From Bilabrum cf. latius (lineage: Eukaryota), in contig OZ237745.1 in assembly GCA_965178125.1 (NCBI GenBank), positions 62,001-126,000 of the forward strand: a stretch of DNA of 64,000 nt. The letters are read 5' to 3'. Position 1 is the first letter of the stretch. Every line of letters begins with the position of its first letter. Below the pieces are notes generated by a model that saw nothing but the letters and a program-made list of their open reading frames with translations, was not told the origin of the DNA and made no database searches. Shown piece by piece: positions 1 through 11,898 of this stretch. The translations under genes were made by a program, and so were the position numbers.

Positions 1-19
1 GGCCCAGGCCAGGTCGAAC

Positions 20-2362
20 TCAGCTGCTCGGCGCACAGAGGGCACGCTCGTTTCCAATGGGCCACAAGAAGCTCTCCAGACTGGCGGCCGGGCCCAGCCC
101 GTCTAGCACAGCAGCGAGCACGTGCTGCTCCTGCACTGCTCCCCCACTCGCAGCTGCAGCCGCCCGTGCCCCTGCAGCGGCGGCCCGCAGCACCCGCCGA
201 GCCATCGAATCGCTCCTGGCCCGCAGCTCTAGCAGCCACTCCTCTGCCGGTGCACCACCATGCGATGCACCGCACCGCAGCAGCCACTCCCCCACGGGCC
301 CCCGCCGGTACCCATCGGAGCGGGCCCATGCCACCAACTGGGCCCTGCGGCCAAGGCCAGCGACCGACGTGGCTGCGTGCCAAGTCTGTCCCGGGTGCAC
401 TGCAATGCCGTGCTTCGGCAGCACGATGCACTGGTCTACTCCGTCACCAATCGAAGGACCCCCTGCCGCACCTTCGCCTTGACCAAACTATGTGTATCCC
501 GCGGGGTCGGCCTGCGCAACATCTTGGAGGGGTCGAGAGGACGCGTGTTCCCTGGTTCCGGAGAACACCAGAGTACCCGGAGGCGGGCCCACGCCTCTGG
601 CAGACCTCCAGCCCTCGACCTCCCTCTCCTCTCCTTGGCTTTGGCCTTCCCCTGGCCCGCCCTGCCTCTCGAGACATGCGTTCAAAGTGATCTCGCTCTC
701 GTCCATGTGTCGGGAGAGAGAAGAGACGCCGTCCGGCTCGGGCCCGTCCCACAGCCTGGGACTGAGCATGGGTCCGGGGGAGCGGACCCCACCGTCGGAC
801 AATATGTCCGTTGAGTTACCGTCCTCCCAGGCGCGCCGCTGCTTACGGTAGGCCACGGTGAACACATGCCAGTCGTCCACCGCACCGCCATCCCACTCGG
901 GCAACGAAAGCCCGAAGGACAGCCTCCAGCGGCCTCTGACCATAGCTTGCGCCCACTGCCGCAGCCCGATCTCTGCGAGCACGACGCCCTGGCGATTCAT
1001 CGAGTTCGGCCGCGTGAGATTGAGCCCCACTGAAGCGACGTCCAGCTCCGTCTCCTCAGGCGACCCATGTACGTCTGTCTGCAGCAATGCACCCCGGACC
1101 GCTGGTCCGACTGCGCGGAGCGCGAGGCAGACCCCCCGCATGGTTCCGCTCTTTGGCGCCGCGCACTCGTCACGCAGGATGCCATTAAGGTCCCTGGCTG
1201 CCTACGCAGCACCATGCAGTGCATCCAGCTCGAGCGGGTCCAGCAGCTGCGATGCAGGCAGGACAGGTGCCCTCATTCCACTCCCCGGCCGCGAGCTGTC
1301 CGTGGTACCTTCGCCGGCAGGTACTGCATCGCTCGCTTGGATGGATAGTGTTGGTTTGCACGGGACCTGCACTGGACGGCGCGCACTGTCGCGCTCGTGC
1401 TCACCCTGCTGCAGGTGCTCAATGGCGCCGGCTCTGCTCCGTCTCCAGTCGTCGGGACTCATCGCACTGCCAGGGAGGACTGCCTCTGCCTCTTCCGGAA
1501 GAATTGGGGGGAGATCACTGAACTCACTGCTGCTTTTGTGCCGCTCTGAGTTTCTTTCTGATCGTTCTCCTTGTTCGGCTGCTTGCAGCATGGCGAGGGT
1601 CTGCAGTCCCGTTGCAAGCGAGCACGCTGCCGCTCTCGCTGGTGATCGGTTCTAGTCTCTGCAACCGGGGCTCTCTGCCAATCGATGAGGTACACCACTT
1701 GTGTTGGCAGTGGTGCCTGCGGTGGTGCTGCACCCGCACTCCTCGGACAGCTGAAGGCCCACGGCAGAGCGGACTGCAATGGGGAGCTAGCGCGATAACA
1801 AACCAAAGCGCCACTCAAGCTCTCGCTCTGCGATGCTTCTAGCTTGTGCTATTGATGAGTGCGTGCTCTCAACTGATCTAATGCTTGCAAGCGATTGCAC
1901 TTCATCAGCAAGCGTTGCTGTTGACTGCAGTCCTGCAGTTGCATGAGGCTGTTCGCAGGATTGAACTACCTGCAAATGCGCCTCAACCTAGTCTTCACAT
2001 GAAAATACAATCCTGTGGACTCCTACTCGGCATGGAAAAGTGGCCTCCGTTGAGCAATTTGAAGCGACACGTTGCAAGCAAGTGCTCCTTCCTCCGGGCG
2101 CAATCAGCGTTTCTTCCTTTAGCCTATACGGGGTGGGCGGAACGTCAAAATCCCAGGGAGACTGAAGAACCTGCCCTGAAGTTGAATCGGAAAAGCGTTG
2201 TATATGGTCCGAAACAACTACCTCAGCGTCTCCTGTGCTGCAGAAACCAGCCGTCGACATCGCATGAATCGCAGGAAGATCTGGCTCAAGAGGCCGATTG
2301 GACAGACTAGGCTGCATTGCAGCAACAAAGATCAATATCAGCTCTGCTGTGGTTGCTGACAT
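20..2362 (-). CDS. Uncharacterised ~780 aa protein with hydrophobic N-terminus (single exon if TAG=Gln)
   Basis: ORF-track pieces 1988..2383, 1787..1975, 1202..1591, 488..1141 and 20..424 share one frame. They are separated only by TAG (1988, 1787, 1652, 1202, 488). ATG at 2362 (MSATTAELILIFVAAMQ), TGA at 20. No domain recognised. Confidence 0.55.
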
Positions 2363-3303
2363 AGGTAGTTGTGTAATCAGCACAGCGCTCTATTAATCTT
2401 GATGTTCGCGGACTGAAGACCGGAACCCCTTTGCGCCACAGGATTCCGAATCGTGGGTGAATGTGAACAAACCAAAAGGATCAAAGCGCTTCCTCGCTTG
2501 TTTCACTGCCGAGCTAGAGCTCGGCTGTCATCAATGCACGTGTCCATGCTTCAGTCCATCCCTGCACTTGGGTATGCATCACAATGCCAACTCAGGTCAC
2601 TCCAGGTTCGCTGCACCGAATCGCGCCCCCTCCGCACCCGCACATCCCGCCGTCCTGCTCAAGGAACACAAACGGGGCCGGGCCGCCCACTGCCAACTGG
2701 TCTTCTCTTCTGTCCGCCAGGCCACCGCCCTTGCCTTGCTTTCAGCCCCCTCGGGGTGCGCAGGCCTGTCATCCGTCACCGCTGACGAACAAGCAGACAC
2801 CACACACTCCCGCAGGGACTCAAGGCTAGGCACGGGCGCGCCAGCCCCCGGGGGACGGACGGCATGAGAAGAAATGCACAAAAACATCATTCCAGTCGCG
2901 CAGTGCGCGCTAGGGCTGGCTGCTCGCCTGCTAGCTATCAGGAACCCCGTCTTCTCGTTCCACCCCGTGCATGCAAGCACGCATGCGTGCTTGCATGGGA
3001 AAGAAAGAAAAGAGAGGACGAGTTCCCATGATGCCTCCACCGCCGCTCCCACGTCAGCGCGCGGTGGAGGGTAGCAGGCTGCGGCCGCCGCGATCGGCTA
3101 CACGCGTCCAACAAATGCGCGCGTGAAGCTACAGCTGGACATGGCCCGCTCCTGTGCGTCTTTGATCCTCGTCCCCTTAACTACCTCTTAGACTTGCGAG
3201 ACCAAGAGGGAGTGGGGGAGGGGGAGCTCAGCGCACAGGGAGTCGGCGACACAACCGCCGGTTCCGCTGCGGACCTCCGCACGGCCCTCGCGGCACCGCG
3301 CGA

Positions 3304-4884
3304 TCACTCCTCGCGGGGGCCATCGCGGCGGCGGCGCCGGTAGATGGCGTCGTCGGGCACGGTGGACTTCTCCACGATGATGGCGTCGCCCGCCACCTCG
3401 GTGCCGTTCTTGGCCAGCGCGGCGCCGGCAGCGGCCTCGGAGCCGAACAGCACGTAGCCGTAGCGGCCGCGCAGCACCACCTCCTCGACGCCAGCGCCGA
3501 AGATGGCCCTCACGTCGTCCTCGGTGAACTCCTTGGGGATGTGCCCCACGAACACGCGGGCGGGGTTGGCGGGCTCGTCGCTGCGCGCGGCGGGGCGGCG
3601 GCGGCGGCGGCCGGACCTGCGGCCCTTGGCGGCGGACTCGGGCAGGGAGCTCTTGGCAACCTCAACCACGCGACCTGCGATCTTCTCGCCCGAGTAGGCG
3701 AGCGCCTCATCGGCCTTGGCGGGGGATGTCATGAGCACGAGGGCGAACCGGCCGCGGAGGCGCATGCTCTCCACGTTCTCCGCGCCGAAGAATGCGAGCA
3801 CGTCGTCCTTGGTGACCTCCTTGTCGATGCCGCCCACCCACAGGCGAGCCGGGTTCGGGGGGTCCGTGGCCTTCTCGCGGGGCTCGCGGGGGGCGGAGCG
3901 GGCGCCGCCCTTGGAGCCTCCACCGGCGGCCCTCTTGCGCCTGCGGCGGGGCCGCTTGGGCATGTCAGCCTCCTTGGTGACGGTGACCTTGTTGCCGCCC
4001 ATGTCGGAGCCGTCCTGAGCGAGGGCAGCGTCCACGGAAGCGACAGACTCGAACGTGACGAAGCCGTGGGTGCCGGAGCGAATCACGCGCGAATCAGTCA
4101 CGGTTCCGCAGCTGGCGAAGTGCGCCGCCAGCTCGTCGTCGGTCGTGCCCTCGGGGAAGTTCTCGACGTAGATGCGGCACTCGTTGGGCTCGCGGCGGGG
4201 CAGGCTGCCCCTGGGAGGGCGCTGGTCGGTCACCTCGATCTTGGCGCCGTTCAGGTCGGCACCGTTCAGGCCGACAGCGGCGGGCAGCGAAGCCTCGCTC
4301 TCGAACACCACCAGTCCCTTGCTGCGAACAAAGATTCAATGAAAAACTGGAAAAGATATGCTTTCGGGTTGGTGCACGCGGCAGGGTCTCCACGAATTGG
4401 TCGGCCGGGAACGCAAGGATCGCGGGAACACGTTGGTTTCCTTCTTCGAGACATCGCGGACTCCAGAGCGTACAAACAACCTTCCAAGCCACGTCATTGA
4501 AATATCCAAATATATCTACGGCCAAATCGGCAAAGTCTGGGGCAGATGGGTTCCTCTGCCGACTGCTGGGACAGAGAGAGCAACGCGCCACTTGGCGCTC
4601 CATCAACGCCCCCGACGAGCTTTCCACCTCGTCCGCTCGTGTACGGGCATGGTCGCCCCCAAACTAGGGCAATTGAATAGTTCCATAAAAAATGACCACA
4701 CATGGCGCGTTGAGCCTTTCCAATATGCTCACGTGTTGTCCCTGCGCAGCACGGTGGTGCGCACGATGGAGCCGCAGTCCTTGAACAGCGCACCCAGCTG
4801 CTCCTCGGTGGTCCCAGCGGCCATGTTGTTCACGTAGGCCTTGAACCCGGGGGCGCGATCATCAGCTCCTGCGACGGCGGCCAT
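3304..4884 (-). CDS. RNA-binding protein with four RRM domains and Arg-rich linkers
   Basis: Exon 1 4884-4733 (MAAVAGADDRAPGFKAYVNNM...), intron 4732-4322 (GTGAG...GCAG), exon 2 4321-3304. Splicing restores RNP1 KGLVVF. Further RNP2/RNP1 pairs: IYVENF/HGFVTF, LWVGGI/FALVLM, VFVGHI/YGYVLF. Ends TGA. Confidence 0.9.
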
Positions 4885-5034
4885 GTTTTTCTACTTCTGT
4901 TGGAGGAAAATGAGGAGGATTAGCGGTACACGGTTCTCCACGCTCGATCCGATTAAATTGTCATCCGGCGCCGCGCGTTTCTTGCCGGGTTGCGGAACTT
5001 TGCACAGAAAAGGGAAGTTGAGCCAAGACGCCAT

Positions 5035-7119
5035 TCATTTCGATATCCTTTCGCAAGGAACTCGCACATTTGCAAGTACTGGCAGATGTGTGCTTTGATG
5101 CGCCGAGAGGTAGCCCCCCTCTCCGCGCCGCTCCCTCTCACAGATGGTCGCCCGCACCCTCACGTGCTCCTGTGCCTGACCAAGCACCCAATCACTCACT
5201 AAAGCAGGGTCTTGAGCCCAAGACAGGTAAACACCAGCTCTTGCAGCGGCATTGCGCATACTGGCATGCGTTCTCTCTGTCACACCCCGCAAAACACACT
5301 CTAGCGCAGACACCCCTTCGGGGCCTGCCCGAACCTGCACCGACAATGCCCTCCAGTCGATCCACCCGTGCCCCGGCAGCTTCATGGGTCTCCCCAGCAG
5401 TGCCACAGGCACCCCTTGCAGCGCTGCCTCCACAGGCCGGGGGGTCCACGGCATCCACCCCTCGGGTGCAAGGAGAAACCTGGACCTGCGGATCTCCTCC
5501 ACGTAGGCCTGGGCCTGGAACCGAGGAGCGGCCAGGATAGGGCCGCCCAGCCCGCCTCTTTGGTGGCTCTTGACGCATTGCCTGCCCTTGAATCGCGCCC
5601 CCTCGTGTCCTCTGCTCTTTGACAATCCCCATCCCCATCCCCATCCCCACCCGCCTGCTGCCTGTTCCTCGGCCCCATCCATGGCCAGAAGCCGCTTCCA
5701 GGCCTCTGCCTGCGACTGCAACTCATGCTAAGCGCCTCCCGACTCCCACGCAATCGAAGGAAGGTCAATCTTGCGCCTGCTTCGCCCATCGCCGTACACG
5801 GTCACCAGAGCCTGCCTCGCTCCCCCTGAGTACTGCCGGTCGTTCATGACGCCACCTGCGAACAGCGCCAGCTGCTTGTACGAAGCAGACGTCAAATCTT
5901 TGCCTCGCACTCCATTGTAGCCAAACGGAGCATTGTCTGGAAACCCCGCGGCCAGGTTCCGGGCCTGTCCCACATAGTACGGCATGATTACATCAAGGGG
6001 GTCCCAGGGCCAGCCCACCTTGCTCTCTCGCTCTCGCCCGGGGTAGCCGTTGTAGTTGGGTAGTGTGTGCTTTGACTCAAGCATGTTTATTTGCTCTTGC
6101 GCTCGCTCTCGATCTGGCTCTGTCCCTGACCCCGATCCCCCGTGGTGGGCCCCATCTACGTCTCTGCGGCCAGTGGCATCCCCGCTGCCGCCATCTTCTC
6201 CTCCTTTTCTCTTTGGGCTTGGAAGCAGCCCGCCGACCTGAACGAAAACCATCCTTCCGAAGTGCTACGAGTGCGAGCGCCGGTCGTCGAGCAGCGCCGC
6301 ACCCGCACCGTGTCCGAATGCCATCACGTGGTCTGACCCCTGGCGCCTATCCCACTGCGGAGTGTTCCGAATGCGCTGCAGCAATGGCCCCAAGACCGCG
6401 TCCCAGACCTACTCTCCACACCTGTACACGCTTGGTGGCACTTGCTTCTAGCCGCTGGTCGTGGCGAGGTCTAGGCAAGAGTGGGCCAGGCAGGTGACTG
6501 GAGTGGGGATTAGAAACATAGTGGCCTCACTTGCATTGAGTGTGATTCGCGACGATCGCACGGCCATTGCAGCCAGCAGAAGCTCAGAAGAGAACATGGA
6601 GCGGTAGCGCGGTACGGAGCCGTCGGGAGTGTCTTCAGAGGAGCGGCAACCCGGTGCCGCACCACCAGTGGAGCCAGAATCAGTGCAAATCCCAGCCCGA
6701 GCCCAGGGATTACAGATGCCAAACTTATCCTGTGACGCGTTTCCAAAGATGTGGACTCCCTTGAACGACCCAGAGGGCCACCCGTACACGTACAGCTTCG
6801 CCGCTGCATCTGCCTCTAGGGACGGCGGAGATCGCATGAAGACCGGAGCGAGCGGACTAGCAAGATGACTGCTGTCATTTTCCTTGCTACACTGTTGCTT
6901 GACTCGACCAGCCTCACAGGCTAGGTCTGGGTGGTTTGCCAGCTACAGCGAGGTTGTCATCGATCGCTCTGCACCGCCTCGAGTGAGCTGCTGATACTGC
7001 AGCGCATAGTTGACCGTAACCATGAAAACTACAGCAATTGCTAAGACAATGGCCAAAAATAATGGCTTCGGCGTCCGATTCTTAGTGTCACAAAAGTCAC
7101 CTTCAGGTGCGGCACACAT
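5035..7119 (-). CDS. Exostosin family (GT47) glycosyltransferase, type II membrane protein
   Basis: One frame with TAG at 6943, 6448, 6409, 6265 and 5728. N-terminal TM (LFLAIVLAIAVVFMVTV). GT47 motifs KLYVY, EATMFLIP, WDRRQGSDHVM, YVEEIRRSRFLLAPEGWMPWTPRPVEAALQGVPV and IDW. Ends TGA. Confidence 0.85.
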
Positions 7120-7369
7120 ATGTCCGAGTCGAACGGTCACCCCGGGCCACTGCTAGTGCCACAGTGGCCGCTGATTATAGATTTTCTCGACTTATCTGGG
7201 CGTGGCCCTCGTCTGGTGCCATGAATCAATGGAATTTTAGATATAGCAGTGAATATCCATCCTTGAAAAGTCGTATCGTTACATTCAATCATCATCGTCA
7301 CCTTCGAGATCTCGCATCGGACCCTCGTCCAACACTTAATCTCTGTGGCACTCATCGAGACTCCCGAGT

Positions 7370-8990
7370 TCACTCAGGATGATCCAGAAGCACCTATACC
7401 CCGCCGTGGTGGGGTTGTGCTGCAGCTGGAGCTCCTGGATCCTCGGGCTCGATCTCTTGAGGAGGTGCTTCGCCAGGGTCAGCAGCTGCGACTGCTCCTC
7501 CCCGGATTCCGCCCTGCAGGTTGAGTGCGACCGGCAATTCTTCCTGCTGCTGGTCGGCTTCAGCTTCGGTCTGTTCAACGACTGCTGCGAGTGCTGCGGC
7601 CTCTGCCGCCTCACCTGCCGCTGCCACTGCTGCTGCTTCCTGTTGCTGTTCCGCTCTCTCTGCGTCCTCCCTCCTCTTCTCCTCCTCGGCAATGGCACGG
7701 CGCGTAGTAACCAGCTGAACATGTTTGTAATAATCGTTCATGTACTTCGCCCGTGTCGTTGCCAAACTCATCGTGATGCGCCTGGCCCACGTCCTGACCT
7801 GTGCGTCCACGCTCTTGCTCTGCTCTGGCCCAACTCGCTCTCGCCTGATCCTCGCCAGCTCCTCTAAGACCTTCCATGCGCCGGTTCCTAGTTTCCCGGT
7901 GTGTAGAACGACGAAGTCCCGGAAAATGTACCTCCCCGGGTATTTCAGGTGTTTGCAGACCTTCTCGCTGGGCGCGTTGCCTCCCACCGGCACCTGTCCC
8001 GCGATCAGCCTCGTCTAGTCCTTGGGTTGGTAGTACATCTGCAGCTTCACCTACGCCCCTGCGTATAGTGCGCTCTCGTTCTGCCAGTCTGACCCCGACC
8101 GCTTGCCTGGTCCCCTCGTTTCGTCGAAAATGTGGCGTGCATACTTGCCCGTGTGTGCTTGTGCCACAAGCACGTCGACGACTACGTTGGTGCCATCCTT
8201 CCTTGTGTAGATCGCGTCCGCGTACCTACCTCTCTCCTTGAACAGCCCTTCTTGCCCCAAATCAGCCTCTTCATCTTGTCCAAGGTGTACCTGAGGGCCC
8301 AGTCTGCCACCTCCAGCAGGGGGGCACTGTGTAGGCCAAAGGAGGGAGCCCGCTGCTCAACCTCTCCGTCTCTCGCCGGCTCGACCAGGGAGTCGAGAGA
8401 GTTCAGGTATGGTAGGTCATACTTCTTCCCCATGCTGAACAGACCCGCCACGACGTCCAGGCACATTCCTGAAAACATCGCGAGTCTGATCAGCAGTGGG
8501 GGTACCAGACCTATGTCCAGGCCACCTTGCGCCTGAGACGAATTTCTTGCCTGCTTGGCAATGGCGATTCTGAGCTAATCGTCCAGTTTCTCGAGCATTG
8601 TCGAGTTGAAATTGGAAGCGTAGTCGCCGATCACTTGGGACAAACGCTCCAACTTGGCAAACGTGCCGCTGCCCGTGAGGCCCAGCGTGGTGCCCGACCT
8701 GTGAAGGTGGTCCCACATGGGTTTCACGCAGTCTCGGAACGCTCGGAAAGCCTCGGAGGGTGGCAGCTGCACACAGAACATGCTCAGCTGACAACATCTC
8801 TTGACTCTGTCCTTGACGAAGTCCTCCACGAACTGCCGCTTGTTGGAGATGGGCACCCCAGCCACGACCATCCCGTCGGCTTGGGTGCGTCCCTCCAGCC
8901 GGCCCGCGGCAATCGAGGCATTGACCTGAGTCAGCGCATCTGAGGAGTTCGAATATCCTTGGATTAGAAATCTGGTTTAAGATCAAGCCT
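7370..8990 (-). mobile_element. Truncated, frameshifted non-LTR retrotransposon remnant (CRE-like, restriction-like endonuclease)
   Basis: Post-RT motifs GMVVAGVPI...FVEDFV and QGGLDI. RLE-type motifs RYADAI...VVVDVLV...KLQMY and FRDFVVLHTGKLGTGAWKVLEELAR. A possible RT motif GLILN lies in another frame near 8975-8990. Frameshift at ~8260-8360; CCHC finger and RT core not seen. In-frame TAGs at 8575, 8051, 8015 and 7394; TGA at 7370. Confidence 0.6.
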
Positions 8991-9189
8991 AACCGAACAA
9001 TGGGTCGCCGCGCAAAGGCCCTGGCAATCTTAGCTGGGTATTCAGGACTAGTACTGGACACCATGAGGTGCTTGAACCCAAAATCTGCTTGTGGACGATG
9101 CGTGCAACAGCAGCTTGAACTGCAAACCGGCCTGTCAGCTAAAAGTGTTACCAGATCGTTCTCGGCGGGAGAACTGGCGCCCTGTGCAA

Positions 9190-11335
9190 TCATTCGTCAT
9201 CTTTCATCTCAGCGCTGCCTTCCCCCGCTGCAGCTGCTGCGGCCGCCTTTGCGCCCTCTGGCGTCACGTCGAGCTCGATGTCCGCGCCCGCAGACCCTAC
9301 CGCCTCCGCCGCCGCCTCCAGCTCCGCCTCCTCGCTCTGCACCTCAGCCCTGGCCCTGCCGTAGCACGCCTGCGCCACCTTCGCGAAGTGCTGCACGTCA
9401 GCGTCCGCATCCCGCGCCAGCTTGGACAGGGCGGGGCCCGCGAGCGCCGCTCCGTCTTCGTCGGAGACCCTGGTCCGGAGGGCGTGCAGCGCCCTGGCGG
9501 CGTTAAACCGCACATTGGCCACCCGATCCTTGGCCAGTTTGACCACGTGCGGCAGCACCGCGTCCCTGCACTGCTCCTCTGGGAGCGCCCTCCCCAGCAG
9601 CGCAAGTGCCCTCAGCCCCGTGAGCCGCAGCAGGTACGACCCCTTGTTCACCTGTGCCTCCAGGCGGGGCACCACGGAGCCGACGGCCCACTCGGGTCCC
9701 AGCACGGTGGCCAGGTGCCTCAGGTTGGCGGCGGCCCTCGCGCGGATGGCCGCCACGTTATCCTCCAGCGCGGCCACGCAAATTCCCGAGAGGTTGTCCT
9801 CGAAGACGCGCCGGCCCAGCTGCCTGGCCAGCAGCGGCATGAAGTCCAGGATTGCCGCTCGCACCCTCCACTTCTTGTCCCCGGCCAGCTCCGTGATGGC
9901 AGGCAGCAGCGACTCGGCCAGGTGCCTCACGTCCACCACCCCCCGCACGGCATCGAGCCGGCTGATCACGTTGAGCCTCACCTGAGACTCGCTGTCCCGC
10001 AGCAGCTGCAGGTACAGGGGCAGCAGATCAGACCGGGTGGTCGCCTCGCCCAGCACAGGGGCCAGCCCGGTCACCGTGGCGCCCAGGGCGGCCCTCACGT
10101 GCTCGCTCGCGTCCTCGGCCAGCTGCTTGGCGCTTGGGAGGACGCCCCGCGCCGCCGCCTCGGCCCCCACCAGCTGTGCCAGCGCGGTCACCTACGAGGC
10201 CGCGGCCGTCCTCACCTCAGCCTCGGCATCCCCGGCCAGCTTGCCGTACGCCTCCAGCAGCTCCCCCCTTGCCGCCTCCGTCCCGAGCGCCCTACTGAGA
10301 GGCGCGAATCCATTGGCCACCGACCAGCGGACCCTCCAGCTGCTGTCCCCGCACAGCTGCACCGCCAGCGGGAGCACCAGCTCCTTGGCCTTGGCCGGCC
10401 CAAGCAGCGCGGCAAGTGACGAGCACGTGTCCACGGCCAGCAGCCGCACGCTGTCTTGCTGGTCCTTGGCCAGCCGGGCCGCGAGCGGGAGCAGCCGGTC
10501 AGACACCGCGTCTGGGCCCGTACCAGCTCCCCCGCTGCCGCTGGACCCCCCGTCCGCCCCCAGCCCGTGCAGCTGCGCCGCCAGAGGCCCCAGGTGCGCC
10601 GCCGCTGCCCTCCTTACCATCGGGGTGTCGTCCCCGCACAGTCTCTCGTACATGCCGAGCAGCTCCTCCCGCCCCGCGGCGGGCAACCTCCGCAGCGCCC
10701 CCGGCAGCAGCGCCGCGGCCGAGATACGAGAGGTGAACCAGTCCCTGGCCACCAGCCGACGCAGCACGGGCAGCACATGCTCCCCAACGGCCCCATCCGG
10801 GATCGCGTCAGAGACCGCCTGGGTGGACGCGACCGCTTGTTCCCTAACGGTGACCTCCTCCACGGTGAGGAGGCGCTCGAGGGGGAGGAGAAGGCCGTGG
10901 GCGTGCTCGGGGCCGCCCACCGAGGGCACCATGCGGCCCAGCTGCTCGGCCATGACCAGCAGGACGTCGTCGTCGTCGTCAGTCATTTCTGCGGGTTAGG
11001 TAGGAAAGGGGTGCGACGTGTGCGGCGGGAGATGTGGGGGTCTGCGCGTGGACACGCTGCCCAAGTGGCAAGCAGCCTGCATGGTGCTCACCAGCCAAGA
11101 AGGGGACCAGCTCCACCCGTGTGCGGTGATGCCCCAATGCTTCTGCTATCTTTGTTATCTGTGACACCGCCTTTGATCGGAGTGTCACATCTTCGTGCCT
11201 AAGCTCGTCTACCAGAAGAGCGATGGGATACAAATCCTCGTCCCCAGCAGCCTGTGCGGCCTAGGCAGCTGGCCCGGGCTGGTCCCCGGGATTTGCTGCT
11301 GACTCAGAGCCAGCAGCACTAGGCTCGTCCGACAT
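9190..11335 (-). CDS. PPP2R1A: Protein phosphatase 2A scaffold subunit A (PR65, HEAT repeats)
   Basis: Motifs LYPIALLVDELRHED, EEVTVRE, WFTSRISA, DDTPMVRRAAA, QDSVRLLAV, SWRVRW, SQVRLNVIS, WRVRAAI and VANVRFNAA. Exon 1 11335-11092, intron 11091-10989 (GTGAG...CTAAC...GCAG), exon 2 10988-9190. In-frame TAG at 11261 and 10192. Ends TGA. Confidence 0.95.
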
Positions 11336-11898
11336 GGCTGCGAGAACATAAGGGCGCTGAGAGCGATTGTGCATCTGATGTATGCAATCGTCTCTTTCCA
11401 TGTTGGGACTGTCTGGCTGCAGTTTCGGGCCCTGACGATTACGTTGCAGCCAAGCTCGCGACCAAACAAGTTAGGGAAATGCACCATAGTCAAACATCAG
11501 TGTACTTGGTTCATCAGAAAGGTGCCTCGACTCGTACTGACCAAGCAGCCGTTGCTCGAATGAACGAGCGCTGCACTTACGCTATGCCATGGCTTGTACG
11601 AAAGAAGTAAACCGTCGCCCAGGTTGAATATCAGATCTAGGCACAATTAAAGGTGCAGATAAGAAAAGCAGCCCAGTTGTCGGGAGACGGTGAGGCCAAT
11701 CCGCTTGCCCTCAAGTTTGGACGTTGTAAGGTGCTGTTGTCAAGTAGTTCCGCTGGCGGCCACATTATATGCGCGGCGCCTGATCGCCCATCGAGACGCC
11801 TCGCTCGTCGAGAATCTGCAGCATCACGAAACCCGCCGATTGGAGCAGAGTGGTGGCTGCGCACTTTGGTGCACATAGTCTAATATTATAAAGCAGTC

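Noticed and set aside
4322-4732. Possible intronic snoRNA in the relatively long RRM-gene intron
   Set aside because: No box C/D pair (RUGAUGA...CUGA) or convincing H/ACA structure seen by eye.
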